A stretch of DNA of 63,203 nucleotides, the filler included, from Octopus bimaculoides (lineage: Eukaryota), in assembly GCF_001194135.2 (NCBI RefSeq). It is 5 parts of 5 records of this genome, joined end to end, with 100 filler letters (N's around TTAATTAATTAA, not from the genome) between each part and the next. Parts side by side here need not be neighbours in the genome. Positions count along the whole stretch, not along the records: positions 1 to 18,627 come from NC_068981.1; positions 18,728 to 42,968 come from NC_068986.1; 3 more parts are not named here. One strand, written 5' to 3'. The position numbers and the translations under genes are program-made. The notes under the pieces were generated by a model, which ran no database searches, was not told the origin of the DNA, and saw only the letters and a program-made list of their open reading frames with translations. This document shows positions 12,374 to 24,167 of the stretch, piece after piece. Position 1 is the first letter of the stretch. Each line of letters starts with the position of its first letter.

Positions 12374-13191
12374 NNNNNNNNNNNNNNNNNNNNNNNNNNN
12401 NNNNNNNNNNNNNNNNNNNNNNNNNNNNNNNNNNNNNNNNNNNNNNNNNNNNNNNNNNNNNNNNNNNNNNNNNNNNNNNNNNNNNNNNNNNNNNNNNNNN
12501 NNNNNNNNNNNNNNNNNNNNNNNNNNNNNNNNNNNNNNNNNNNNNNNNNNNNNNNNNNNNNNNNNNNNNNNNNNNNNNNNNNNNNNNNNNNNNNNNNNNN
12601 NNNNNNNNNNNNNNNNNNNNNNNNNNNNNNNNNNNNNNNNNNNNNNNNNNNNNNNNNNNNNNNNNNNNNNNNNNNNNNNNNNNNNNNNNNNNNNNNNNNN
12701 NNNNNNNNNNNNNNNNNNNNNNNNNNNNNNNNNNNNNNNNNNNNNNNNNNNNNNNNNNNNNNNNNNNNNNNNNNNNNNNNNNNNNNNNNNNNNNNNNNNN
12801 NNNNNNNNNNNNNNNNNNNNNNNNNNNNNNNNNNNNNNNNNNNNNNNNNNNNNNNNNNNNNNNNNNNNNNNNNNNNNNNNNNNNNNNNNNNNNNNNNNNN
12901 NNNNNNNNNNNNNNNNNNNNNNNNNNNNNNNNNNNNNNNNNNNNNNNNNNNNNNNNNNNNNNNNNNNNNNNNNNNNNNNNNNNNNNNNNNNNNNNNNNNN
13001 NNNNNNNNNNNNNNNNNNNNNNNNNNNNNNNNNNNNNNNNNNNNNNNNNNNNNNNNNNNNNNNNNNNNNNNNNNNNNNNNNNNNNNNNNNNNNNNNNNNN
13101 NNNNNNNNNNNNNNNNNNNNNNNNNNNNNNNNNNNNNNNNNNNNNNNNNNNNNNNNNNNNNNNNNNNNNNNNNNNNNNNNNNNNNNNNNNN

Positions 13192-13255
<64 letters not shown>

Positions 13256-13424
13256 ACCTTCTTATGTGACCGGTATTTCATTAATTGACCCCATAGTTGA
13301 CCTCAGCGGAGATTAAACTCATGATGTAGAGAGCTGAAACAGATACTGCACGGCAGCCTATCCGATTTTCTAACGATATCCTACCCATTCGCCGTCTTCA
13401 TATCAGTGCAAATAATAGTAGTAT

Positions 13425-13700
13425 CTTTACTTTTTACTTGTTTCAAGCATGAGACAGCGGCCATGCTGGGGCACCGTCTAGGAGAATTTTGATCGAACAA
13501 ATCAACTCCAGTACTTACGTTTTCTTTCTTTTTTAAAGTCTGCTACTCATTTTATTAGTCGCTTTTGCTGAACCGCTAAGTTACGGGACCTAAACAAACC
13601 AACATCGGTTGTCAAAGAATGTGGTGGCAAAAACAAACACAGACACACACATGTACATACATACATACATACATACATACATACATACATACATACATAC
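13425..13700 (-). mobile_element. Diverged SINE-A-related 3' part with internal (ACAT)n
   Basis: Contains gcggccatgctggggcacc, gaaccgctaagttacggg and catcggttgtca. Confidence 0.75.
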
Positions 13701-13704
13701 GCAC

Positions 13705-13960
13705 GCACGATTTCGAGATCATGGTTTCAATTCCTGGACAGGGTGACGTGCTGTGTTTTGAGCAAAACACTTCATCTCAAGTTGCTCACCGATCACTTCA
13801 ACAACCGTCGTATGATACCCTATGCACCTGCTCAGGCAATATCGATGTAATGGCGCGATTGAGCTAATAATGTACAGCACAGAGATTTGATCAGTATAAA
13901 CAAATTATTTGTGCAGATTGTTCAGCAAGAAACCGCAGAACCGTGTTTCTTGGATTACGA
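13705..13960 (+). mobile_element. Diverged CORE-like SINE (family D)
   Basis: B-box-like ggtttcaattcc is followed by tgtgttttgagcaaaacacttcatctca. A related remnant lies on the minus strand at about 15020-15170. Confidence 0.5.
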
Positions 13961-14470
13961 GAGATTACCATCAATATGCATAAAACCGCTGAAACTGGAG
14001 TTTATCGTCAACATTATGATATGGTTTTGTAGCGCTTAGACGTGTTTAACATCTACTGACTCGCTGAGGTTGGAGTTATTAATGATAGATAGCTAAGCAA
14101 TACTTTCTTACATAGGCACTTGGCCAGAAATTTTGACAGCAGGCAGCAAATCCATGATCATCTCAGTATTAGACTGGTACTTTATTCTATCGATCCCAGA
14201 AGGACGAAAGGCATGATTGATCTCAGTGTGATTTGAATTCAAACCGGAACAAAGAGGCGGAACAAATACCGAAAGCTTTTCTTTCCGTGATTTAACGACC
14301 TCACGACCCCACTATCCGTGCCTGCTTTTATGAAATTACAGAGAAAAATAAACAAAAACAATGCCACATAGTTGCATTATATTTATTTGCTTGTCTTTTT
14401 TATTATTATTTATCAATTTATTATTCATTTTTATTCATCTATTATTTTAAAAGATATATCTTTCTATATA

Positions 14471-14850
14471 GTGGAGGCGCAATGGCCCAGTGCTTAGGGC
14501 AGCGGACTTGCGGTCGTAGGACCGCGGTTTCGATTTCCAGACCGGGCATTGTGAGTGTTTATTGAGTGAAAACACCCAAAGTTCCACGAGGCTCCGGCAG
14601 GGGATGGTGGTGAACCCTGCTGTACTCTTTCACCACAACTTTCTCCCACTCTTTCTTCCTATTTCTGTTGTGCCTGTAATTCAAAGGGCCAGCCTTGTCA
14701 CACTGTGTCACGCTGAATCTCCCCGAGAACTACGTTAAGGTTACACGTGTCTGTGGAGTGCTCAGCCACTTGCACATTAATTTCACGAGCAGGCTGTTCC
14801 GTTGATCGGATCAACTGGAACCCTCGTCGTCGTAACCGACGGAGTGCCAA
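14471..14850 (+). mobile_element. SINE-C, full length, tRNA-derived, with a perfect 11-bp TSD
   Basis: A-box tggcccagtgc and B-box ggtttcgatttcc. The TSD ctttctatata is at 14460-14470 and 14851-14861. Confidence 0.9.
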
Positions 14851-16236
14851 CTTTCTATATAAAAGTCATACCCGTCACTTGGAAGCGAGTGTGACAAGGT
14901 ACGATACTATCACTAATTGTTTTAGGTGACTATGTAATCAGTAACAGGCATAGACGCCTTCTCGGCCGTCCCACCCTTCACCCAGTAGAACAGGTATGTG
15001 GAGGGAGAGAGAGGACTCCTAACACAAGGCTGGTACTAATTTTTCAGCGGAGTAGACTGAATCAACGCGAAATAAAGCGCTTTGCTCGAGAAAACAACGC
15101 AGTATTCAGTTCAGTATCGAACCTACGACGTTATGATTGTGAGCTTAACGTCTCTAACCACTAGATCAAGCATCTTTCCAGTGTATCGTCAAAAGTACAT
15201 TATTAAACGTGTCTTTATATTTCAAAGACAGTAATATATTTCTGTTGCATCTCGGGAGGGTCATTGTGCCAATAATAAACACACGCACTGATTAAATCTC
15301 ACGTGTATAAAAATTTTTTCTATTTTGTTATGCTTCTGTTGTGTAATTTCTCTAAATGCTGTTGCTGTACTGTTGCACCATTTGGATACAGTTCAGTGGG
15401 CTGTCTATCGGCATTCTGCAGGACTTGTGCTTTGGAAGGCATGCTATCTCACATTATTTTAATTTTAAATTTCGTAGGCCGTTTGCTATCTCTACCGAGA
15501 CACCAAAAAATATATATTCCAACACACAAGTACACATCAAGAATCCTGTGAACCTAAGACAAAAACGAAATGTATTTTTTACAGAATGCAAACCCTTAAA
15601 ACACGATTATTTAAAGTTAATCAACAATGCTAGTTCCGTGCATCGTTAACTAGCCAGAGGAGATGTCCTCTTGGAGTTAAAATATCTCAGTAGAATCCGT
15701 TCGAATAGACAGCCATATTAAAATGAGGATTTGAAACAAAGGGAGAGCACTTTTACACGAAATATAACAGAGTTACTCCCAGTAAAATTGTATTTTAAGA
15801 CGTATGCCAACATGCGGTTTGAGAAGATCACTCAAGACGCGTGGTTGATCAGAGACAGATGCTCATATTTATGGTATCTAGTTTCTGCTCGATAATTATT
15901 CTAATTTCAAGGCCGGCCGGTGTTTATTGTGTTTTTTGTTTTAATCTCCCTTCTCGAGTTGATACAAACACCTATCGGTCTTAAATTGCTGTAGATTCAA
16001 TAAAAAATAGGCTTTGCAAATTGTGAGAAAATATTTTTAAGAAGAGAGGTATTAGTTTACTATTTACTACGCGGCCCTAAAAAGAATAAAAAATAAACAA
16101 GCTGGCCGGGCTTAATAGTAAAATAATAGCAAAAATAAATAATAATAGAACTACAAAATAAACCATACAATGGAAGCCACTTATTGTAATCACCTCGGAA
16201 CGGAGCCGTTTCTATAACGATAGCAGGCAGATATTA

Positions 16237-16454
16237 CTGGTTTCAAATTTTGGCTCAAAGTCAGCAATTTCAAGGTAGAGGATAAGTCAATTATATCGAC
16301 CCCCGTGCTCGGCTGGAACTTATTTTATAGACCCCGAAAGGATGAAAGGTAAAGTCGATCTCGGCCGGATTTGAACTGGGAACGTAAAGACGGACGAAAT
16401 GCCACTTGTCATTTTTGCCCTGCGCGGAAAGAATTCTGCTAGCATGTCGCCTTA
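16237..16454 (-). mobile_element. SINE-B copy
   Basis: Same core as the copies at 11535-12165. Confidence 0.85.
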
Positions 16455-16497
16455 TGTAGGAGACACCAATTTTGATATCAATATTCGTTCGATAACA

Positions 16498-16709
16498 AGG
16501 CGGCGAGCTGGCAGAAACGATAGCACGCCGGGTGAAATGCTTAGCGGTATTTCGTCTGCCGCTACATTCTGAGTTCAAATTCCGTCGAGGTCGACTTTGC
16601 CTTTCATCCTTTCGGGGTCGATAAATTAAGTACCAGTTGCATACTGGAGTCGATCTAATCGACTGGCCCCCTCCTCCAGAATTTCGGACCTGTGCCTAGA
16701 GTAGAAAAG
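16498..16709 (+). mobile_element. SINE-B, full length, with an 18-bp TSD
   Basis: A-box-like gagctggcagaa and B-box gagttcaaattcc. The TSD aatattcgttYgataaca is at 16480-16497 and 16710-16727. Confidence 0.9.
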
Positions 16710-17331
16710 AATATTCGTTTGATAACATTATCTGTGATTACAATATACGACCTTCCTTGTGATAGGTTTTCGAGAACGAATGGATATATAACATATATAA
16801 CAGGTATTTTACATCTGTTTTAGTGAAGTAATAGAGAGAGCTTCTATGTCAATGCTTCCCTACCTGGGAATTTATTTCAATGGGTCTTAAAAATTCAAAT
16901 AGAACACCACTTGCCTTTAAATACCAATACAGAAAAATTGTGTACGTGTGTGTGTGTGTGTGTAGCGGGGGGAGTGGGCGGATGCTAGCCGATCCAGAGT
17001 TTGTGCTGGACAAAAGGTGCTCAATGTGAACACTTTGATTTGCTAGAAATAGCAAACAAATTTCCCTCAAAAGACAGCCTACCGTTTAAAACAAAGTAAA
17101 TAAAGAAAGACATATTGGATAAATAAATAAGTAATTAAATAAGTAAATAAACACATTGGATAATGTTGTCCCAGAAAAAAAAAAAAATAAAAGCAAGGAA
17201 AACCGGCCCTTGGATTTGCTAGAAATAGCAGGTCGAAAAACGAAATAAGGTTGGTCTGTTGTCTTGTGAATATGTATTTTGTTTACATTACTTACATTCG
17301 ACGGATATTTATCCTCATCTTGTTTGTTGTT

Positions 17332-17377
17332 AACACAACGTTTCGGCTGATATACCCTCCAGCCTTCATCGGGTGTC
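17332..17377 (-). ncRNA. Minimal type I hammerhead ribozyme (core variant CCGAUGA)
   Basis: GACAC-CCGATGA-A-GGCTG-gagggtatat-CAGCC-GAAA-CG-TT-GTGTT: stem I GACAC/GTGTT, stem II GGCTG/CAGCC, cleavage triplet GUU. Confidence 0.75.
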
Positions 17378-17424
17378 TTGGGGAAATTCTGAAACTGGTT
17401 TCTCATTCGTAAGGTAGTTTTCGA

Positions 17425-17507
<83 letters not shown>

Positions 17508-17512
<5 letters not shown>

Positions 17513-17583
17513 ATCACTGCCTGGAATCGAACTCGGAATCTTGTGGTTAGTAGCCCGCGCTATTAACCACTACACCATATGCC
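17508..17583 (-). ncRNA. tRNA-Arg(ACG)-like Pol III head (SINE-type, not a functional tRNA)
   Basis: A-box tggtgtagtggt and B-box gagttcgattcc. The segment aagattccgagttcgattcc resembles the variable/T arm of eukaryotic tRNA-Arg(ACG). The anticodon loop reads ctactaa. Confidence 0.7.
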
Positions 17584-17618
17584 TAAGGAATGAGAACCCA
17601 GGTTCGAAAATTCCCCAA

Positions 17619-17664
17619 GACACCCGATGAAGGCTGGAGGGTATATCAGCCGAAACGTTGTGTT
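17619..17664 (+). ncRNA. Minimal type I hammerhead ribozyme (core variant CCGAUGA)
   Basis: Identical to the reverse complement of 17332-17377. Confidence 0.75.
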
Positions 17665-18059
17665 AACAACAAAGATGAGGACAAATATCCGTCAATTGTA
17701 AATAATGTAAATAATGTACATAATTCCTCATCTCTTAAATATATCATAGAACTGTATGTATTTTGTTGTTTATATTCAGCCAGCCATGATGAAGAGTTTC
17801 TATAAACTGACCCTTTCCAGCCATCTCGCCCTTTGTTTCCCCAGATAGTGTTTCTTGAACTACATTGCGTTCGTATATTTATGACTCTAGAGTGACTTCA
17901 GAGAGATTTGGCTGCTATTCCGAGCAGATCGCGACACTACATAGAAGTTCTTTATTTGTTGCAGTTCATTTGCCATCCCGAGGTCAGCCATAGTCAGGCG
18001 AAACCCCGAACAAAGACGTTCCAGCCCTGCCGAGCTTCATAAGAAAAGGAAAAAAAAAA

Positions 18060-18215
18060 AAATCATTGTGTGGTTAAGAAACTCGCTTTTCTACCACGTG
18101 GTTTCACGTTCAGTCCCATTGCGCGGTGCCTTGGACATGTGTCTTCTATTATAGGTCCGGCAGACCAACGCCTTGTGTATGAGTTTGATAGACGGAATCT
18201 GTGACAAGCCTGTCG
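18060..18215 (+). mobile_element. Diverged SINE-A head and CORE region
   Basis: tgtgtggttaagaa...gttcagtccc...gccttggacatgtgtcttcta. Confidence 0.7.
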
Positions 18216-18671
18216 TGTAATATATTTATATATATATATAAATGTAGTGAACGACCGTGCGAACTCAAAAAGGAGAAATGGTGACGAATGGAAAAACAGA
18301 GGACTCCTTTTATTTAAACGTGTCACACGGTCGAACACAAAAATATATATCAATGATGATATACATGATATGTTATACGACGATAACATAGATGACCAGT
18401 AATGAAAGACCACAACCGTATAAGATGAATAACAGAAATATTTATTATGGCGTTAAAGATGTATGTCTGTGTGTGAGTGTGAATGCGACATATAAGAACA
18501 TAATCAAAGACAGGCCGTCGTACAAAGAAAAGTATGTATGTGAGTGATACATGTATGTGTATGTGAGTTATTACAGCAGATGGAAAGAGAGTCAATAACA
18601 CGTGAGCAATTATACCAGTTCTTTAGTNNNNNNNNNNNNNNNNNNNNNNNNNNNNNNNNNNNNNNNNNNNN

Positions 18672-18683
18672 TTAATTAATTAA
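18672..18683. other. Artificial assembly spacer TTAATTAATTAA inside a 44N+12+44N block; also at 43013-43024, 49279-49290 and 56896-56907
   Basis: The same 100-bp construct occurs four times. The 12-mer gives stop codons in all six frames. Confidence 0.95.
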
Positions 18684-18727
18684 NNNNNNNNNNNNNNNNN
18701 NNNNNNNNNNNNNNNNNNNNNNNNNNN

Positions 18728-18784
<57 letters not shown>

Positions 18785-18786
<2 letters not shown>

Positions 18787-18857
18787 GTTCAGTAGTTTTA
18801 TTTTTATAACGTGCTTTCACTTCACTACCGAGCGTAGCTCTGTGTGCCTTGGGTATG
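18785..18857 (-). mobile_element. Extremely 5'-truncated R4/Dong-type LINE 3' end embedded in (TAA)n
   Basis: Reverse complement of the 3'UTR at about 28528-28600, flanked on both sides by (TTA)n. Confidence 0.85.
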
Positions 18858-18899
<42 letters not shown>

Positions 18900-18919
18900 C
18901 TAATGCAGTAACTATACTC

Positions 18920-19420
18920 CGATGCAGTACCAGGGACTGGCTCTCATGGCTTCTGATCTTAACTGATTACAAGTGTTATCATATACATCGTTTTGTCTTA
19001 GTATAAAAGATGGGCTACAGCAAATATCCCAGATTTGCTTGTCAGCTGCATAACTTTAACCAGTTGAGCATATCCCTTAGTGGCTGACGATATGTGCATC
19101 TCTGCTCACGAGTAGAATTAGTGGTGGAGTATGATAGCCATGTGTCGAGAGGAATTCTTTGGGTTTGGATAATTCACCTTTGGAAAATCAGTGTCTTGTT
19201 CAACAGCCTTAAATAACCCTTATTCATTGACTTTTGACCGGCATGGGCTACTCGACTTGCAGAAAATTCTAACTGGGCTTCACCTGCAAGATCATGCCTG
19301 ATGCACCCTTATGAGACGGGTAGTCATGATGGGTATACCGCTTTTCGTTTAGTTTACCTCGGTGTCAATTTCATAGCTTGCCCTGCTCTCTCACTCAATA
19401 GTAATAATGATAATAATGCG
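18920..19420 (+). mobile_element. Non-coding interspersed repeat X (about 0.5-0.6 kb) ending in an AAT-rich tail
   Basis: Aligns by eye with 41238-41749, 42190-42638 and 52657-52826 (minus strand). Shared motifs include cccttagtggctgacgatatgtgcatctctg and the end ctctctcactcaata. Confidence 0.85.
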
Positions 19421-19429
19421 GAAATGAAA

Positions 19430-20366
19430 ACCAGTGTGCCAGCTGTTTTTATAGGAGTAATAAAAAAAAAAAGGAACAGAAATATGAGGGTAGGCTGCCG
19501 GTGATGCCGGTGATGGCAACTGCTACCACTGAGAAAAACAGTGATCGTGTTAACCGCAGGGTGATATATGACAGACGAATGACCATAAATCAAATAGCCA
19601 ATGTGAGAGAGCTAAGAATATTCTGCGCAATTAACTTGGTATGACGAAGGTTTCTACTCGGTGGGTGCTACGTCTTCCGACACTTGATCAAAAGTGCAGC
19701 AGATCGATCACATCACGGGAAAATTTGACGTTGTCTGAGGTAGATCTAGTTCGTTTCCTAGAACATTTCTTCAATCACGATGAGTGTTGGGTTCATGACT
19801 TTGAGCCAGAGACAGAAAGGCAGCCCATACAGTGGAAGCAGCCCTCCCCCCCATTTCCTCGATTGAAGGCTAAAGTCGTTTCGGGTGCAGAGAAGGTGAT
19901 GGCCTCATTTTCGCTGAGGTAGTTACAGAAGACCAAACGCCTAGGAAAACTAACGAAAGGGGTTGTTTCATCAGGACAATGATCTTGCACAAAAGTCCTT
20001 CGTTCTTATGGCGTTCCTATGGCGTTCCTATGGCGTTCCTATGGCGTTCCTATGGCGTTCCTATGGCTTGATCATCGTCGTTATTTTCCTGATTCCGCCC
20101 TTTCTGACTATCGCCTTTTCCCTTACACGAAAGAACACTTGGCTGGGAACTAGTATCGCAGTGATGCGCTGACGTCATATCTGTTGTTGTTGATTCTTTT
20201 TACCGAACGGATGAAAACGTCTTCACCAATGAGGTACAATCACTGCAACACCGATGGGAAAAGTGCATGGACTGGAAGCGGGTGTGTACTGAAGAATAAA
20301 TCTCATTTGCCTGTATTCTATGAGAATAGCTTGGTCAGCCTACTAAGTTTTCAGCCGAGCCTCGTA
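19430..20366 (+). pseudogene. Mariner-family DNA transposon remnant with its 3' TIR
   Basis: ORF 19641-19922 has WVLRLPT (WVPRxLT motif) and HDECWVHDFEPET. Downstream are FHQDN and DHRRYFPDSALSD (HPPYSPDLAPSD motif). It ends ...tcagccgagcctcg-TA, whose reverse complement begins TACGAGG. Confidence 0.88.
20007..20067. repeat. 11-bp tandem repeat (TATGGCGTTCC) x5.5 inside the mariner
   Basis: Read directly from the sequence. Confidence 0.95.
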
Positions 20367-21099
20367 TTCATTTTCATGATACCAGGAAAACCGTTCTTCA
20401 AAGAAGTACAAAATGACCCGAACCCCTCGTACATTTTACGACTAACATTATCAACTGAAACTCCATAGTTGCATAGCATTTTTATTGAGCACGCCTGTAT
20501 ATACACGCTTTTTTGTCATGTATCCTGTTGTAGTGCTTCTCAACGCGTTATATAATCATCCAGTGTATGAAGGACATCTTATCTGTTATATACCCCCAGG
20601 TGTTGGGCAACGCCACGAGAATGTGTAATTACAGTAGTTATTAAGGAAATATTTGTCATAAGAACAAGAGCATTAACACCTCCACCAACAACAATAACCC
20701 TTCCTGACCAATGGAGGTCTGTGGGTTGTTTACGCATGTAAATATATAACTAAGGCACGCTTCACTATAATTTCAATCTCTGAAGGTTTACTCTTCGTCA
20801 TTCTATCATCTCCAGGTTATGGCTCTAAACACCGTAGCTTTGGCTCATCGCATTGGACTCTAGCCCGGTATCGAATGATTCAGAAACGATCTAATTACAC
20901 TGCATTGCTGTAAACTACAAAGCCTGATCTGATAAACAATATAAGAATATATAAAAAAGAAAACGTTTCTATACAAAAGTACAGAGAAATTTACAGTGGC
21001 AATTAGGAAGGCAATTAGGAAGGCAATTAGGAAGAGATCGATAAATGTATGTCACTCGTCATACTGCGTTATATTAAAATCACTTATTTTTCATAGTTT

Positions 21100-21420
21100 A
21101 GTTGTTTTCTCATAAACTCTGGCCACGCTGGGGCACTGCCTTGTAGGCAGGGCATTTAGTCAGACAAATCAACCTCAGTACTTCCATTTTTTTAAAGTTT
21201 GCAACTTATTCTATAGGTAATCCTTTGCTGAACTGCTAGGTTATGGTTGCTTAAATCAATACTGGAGGTCAAGACCGACTGACACATACAATCACACACA
21301 TATGACACAGTTTCAGTTTCACATTGGTCATATTGGGAGTGTAGTAGAAGACACTTTCCAAAGGTGCCATGCAGTGGCAATGAATCCAAAACGTTGCAAA
21401 GCGCGCTTCTGAATCACAGC
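21100..21420 (-). mobile_element. Old, diverged SINE-A-related copy
   Basis: Contains ggccacgctggggcactgcc, gaactgctagg, agtagaagacactttccaaaggtgccatgcagtgg. Confidence 0.7.
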
Positions 21421-21905
21421 TATTTCGAAGAGTTAATAAACAACTTTGTTTTACTTTCCCTTTTCTTTAAAAGTAACATAAATAACAATTTAAACAACAT
21501 TGTTGAAAATAGGGGAATTTAGGAAATAGTTTAAAAAAAAAAAGCATGAAATTGTAACCTCAATCGGCTGCAAACCCAAAATATCAATGCTAATACTAAC
21601 ATCCGGTTTATAATCTGAAACGGAGGCAGGCACCGATGTTTTAAATATATTTGACACAAACTGAAGACTTCTTGCAGATGCTAAATCATTAAATCTCTAA
21701 ATACTATTTTCGGAAAATGTTGCTCTATATTTTAATGAATTCCTCTTCATTCATATTTTTTCTGTCTCCTGGTGATTTTGTAATGTTTATATCACGTCAC
21801 GACTATAATTAACTCCATTAACTTAGTTAATCGCATTTCGTGATTTCTCTTGAGCCCAAAGCATGCTAAACTCTAGCGCAATATATGTATACATATGTAT
21901 ACTTT

Positions 21906-21996
<91 letters not shown>

Positions 21997-23589
21997 GAAA
22001 GTATGCACCAACGTATGTACAGTAATATCAATAGAAATGCATAAGTGCGTGGCGTATGTATGTGTGTGAGTGTGAGTGTGTGTGTACATGTGTGTAAGGG
22101 CTCCCTTGGAGTTCGGGTTACTCCGTATTTGTACTTTCAATATGACAGTAATTTGTGGGAGATTTAACTACTGCATTTAGGGAATCGAGAAAACAGCTAA
22201 ATAATTATCGCTGATTTGACAACAAAATTTTAATTTAAGAAATTGATGTAATGATTTCTGTTAGCGAGTTCAGTTTTGTGTCATTTATTTTTCTCTTAGA
22301 CATTTGACATATACATACAGCAGACATTTAGGCTGAATGTGTTATATCAATATTAATACAATCGTACCATATAAAGTGATAATTACGTATCACACCATTG
22401 AGAATGGAAATTAATTAATTCTATGTACGATTACGTTCCGAGCTTTGCTTTCAAATAACAAAATTAATCCATATGCTCTGTGGAGTGTTATACAATTTCC
22501 TTTCTCACACTAATTGTCACATCTTTGCCAGGTGGGTTATTATGGCTATTGGTTGATAAATTAAAGTTTGATGTAAGTGGTTATAAATATATGCGTGGTT
22601 TATAGACATGCATGGTTATAAAAGCTACGACATCAAACGAACTAAACATGTTGGAACATTTATAAACGAAAATACGTAATTCCTCGTGTACTTATTCTAA
22701 TCTCGACATTGTTTTAGAGCTAGACTAGAAACACTTTTACATTTAACTATTATATACGTGCCACAAAATATTCTCATTGTTCTATCAGTTTTCTAAAATC
22801 TTTTAAAGGATATAAGCCAGCAGTTAATCTATATATAAGCGGCTTCGCTTAAACAAGTTGAGAAATTTTTAATTATCACAAAGCTAGCCAAAGGTAGTTA
22901 GCTGAATATTGAAATCGTTCTAATATCAGAAATGCCTGTTTTCTTTAAGATTTGTAAAATTTAAATTGCTTTAAAACAAAAATACAAAAGTATGCAAATT
23001 GATCAGATAATTTTACGGAGAGAGAGTTAAGCCAAATTCAGAAAAAAATGTATTGGTAATGACTTTGTAATTGATTTTGATAAATATATTACTCAGAACT
23101 GGTTTATCAGGTTCCGTTTAATTTGTGACTCTGTGATACAGAGGGGCCACGATTTTGACAATGGTAAACTTCATCGTGTCTACATGACAATGCCTGTATA
23201 TATCACTACCATTAGGTACATCACTCAACCGAGTTTATAGATCTCTTGTAAATTCCCCAATATGCTTGGGGAATATTCAAACTCACATCAAACCATTCAC
23301 TGTGTTTTGTTATCGCAGCAATTTCTCGCTGTAGACGCAAGGGGTGAAAACACCAAAATCAACTCGGAGTGCCACCTACCCAGACTATGAGAGGCAAGCA
23401 TTTCGGAGTAGTTGTTCCTTCATCAGTTATAAATACCAGAAAGGGGGCGCTGCGAGCTCATTTCAGTCTATTTACAATATTTGCCTACTGGAAGAAATTT
23501 TCTCCAAGACAAAAGAAAATCGATGACTTTCTTACGGTTTCGAATATGACCCAAAGCATATTTTAACTTGTAGTAACCTTACTATCCCC

Positions 23590-23659
<70 letters not shown>

Positions 23660-24134
23660 TGTGTGTGTGTGTGTGTGTGTATGTGTGTGTGTGTGTGTGT
23701 ATCTGTGCGCGTGCGTGTGTATCATAATTTAATATACCTTTTACTTGTTGGGTTATTGGATTGCAGCGATGCTCGGTCTGCACATCTAAGGTTTTACTCG
23801 AACGAATCGGCCGTGTAGACATGTTTAGTATTTGTTCGATCGGGATCTTTTCCACCACCGCGTGTGTAAGATGACGCAAAGAAGCTACTAACAGTTGTCA
23901 CGTGGTACCGGAGGACAAATAACACACACAAGCACCTATGTACTAGGACTTTCACACAATGTCCATGTATAAAATTCTCTCTGGGTGTCAAGGTTTTAGT
24001 CATCACGGGGTTATTGTAGGTGACAGTTGCCCAAGGAGCTGCGTTGGGAGATAAAATCCGAAAGAATGTGGTTGGGAAGCTGGCTCATTAAACACATTAG
24101 CCACACAGTTATTCTTACACCTATATAACTATAT

Positions 24135-24167
<33 letters not shown>

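Larger units (their letters stand above)
17284..17754. mobile_element. Hammerhead-bearing tRNA-headed element, inverted pair, locus 1
   Basis: The minus arm (17284-17583) has head, (TAA)n, linker, ribozyme and a truncated tail. The plus arm (17584-17754) has linker, ribozyme and a full tail. The TSD tatgtattttgtt is at 17271-17283 and 17755-17767. Confidence 0.88.

Noticed and set aside
15356-15649. 97-aa ORF with a hydrophobic N-terminus
   Set aside because: There is no splice support or recognisable motif, and it is compatible with chance.
17508-17583. Functional tRNA gene (also 27410-27486 and the SINE heads)
   Set aside because: The acceptor and anticodon stems pair poorly, the anticodon is atypical, and it is embedded in a repeated element.
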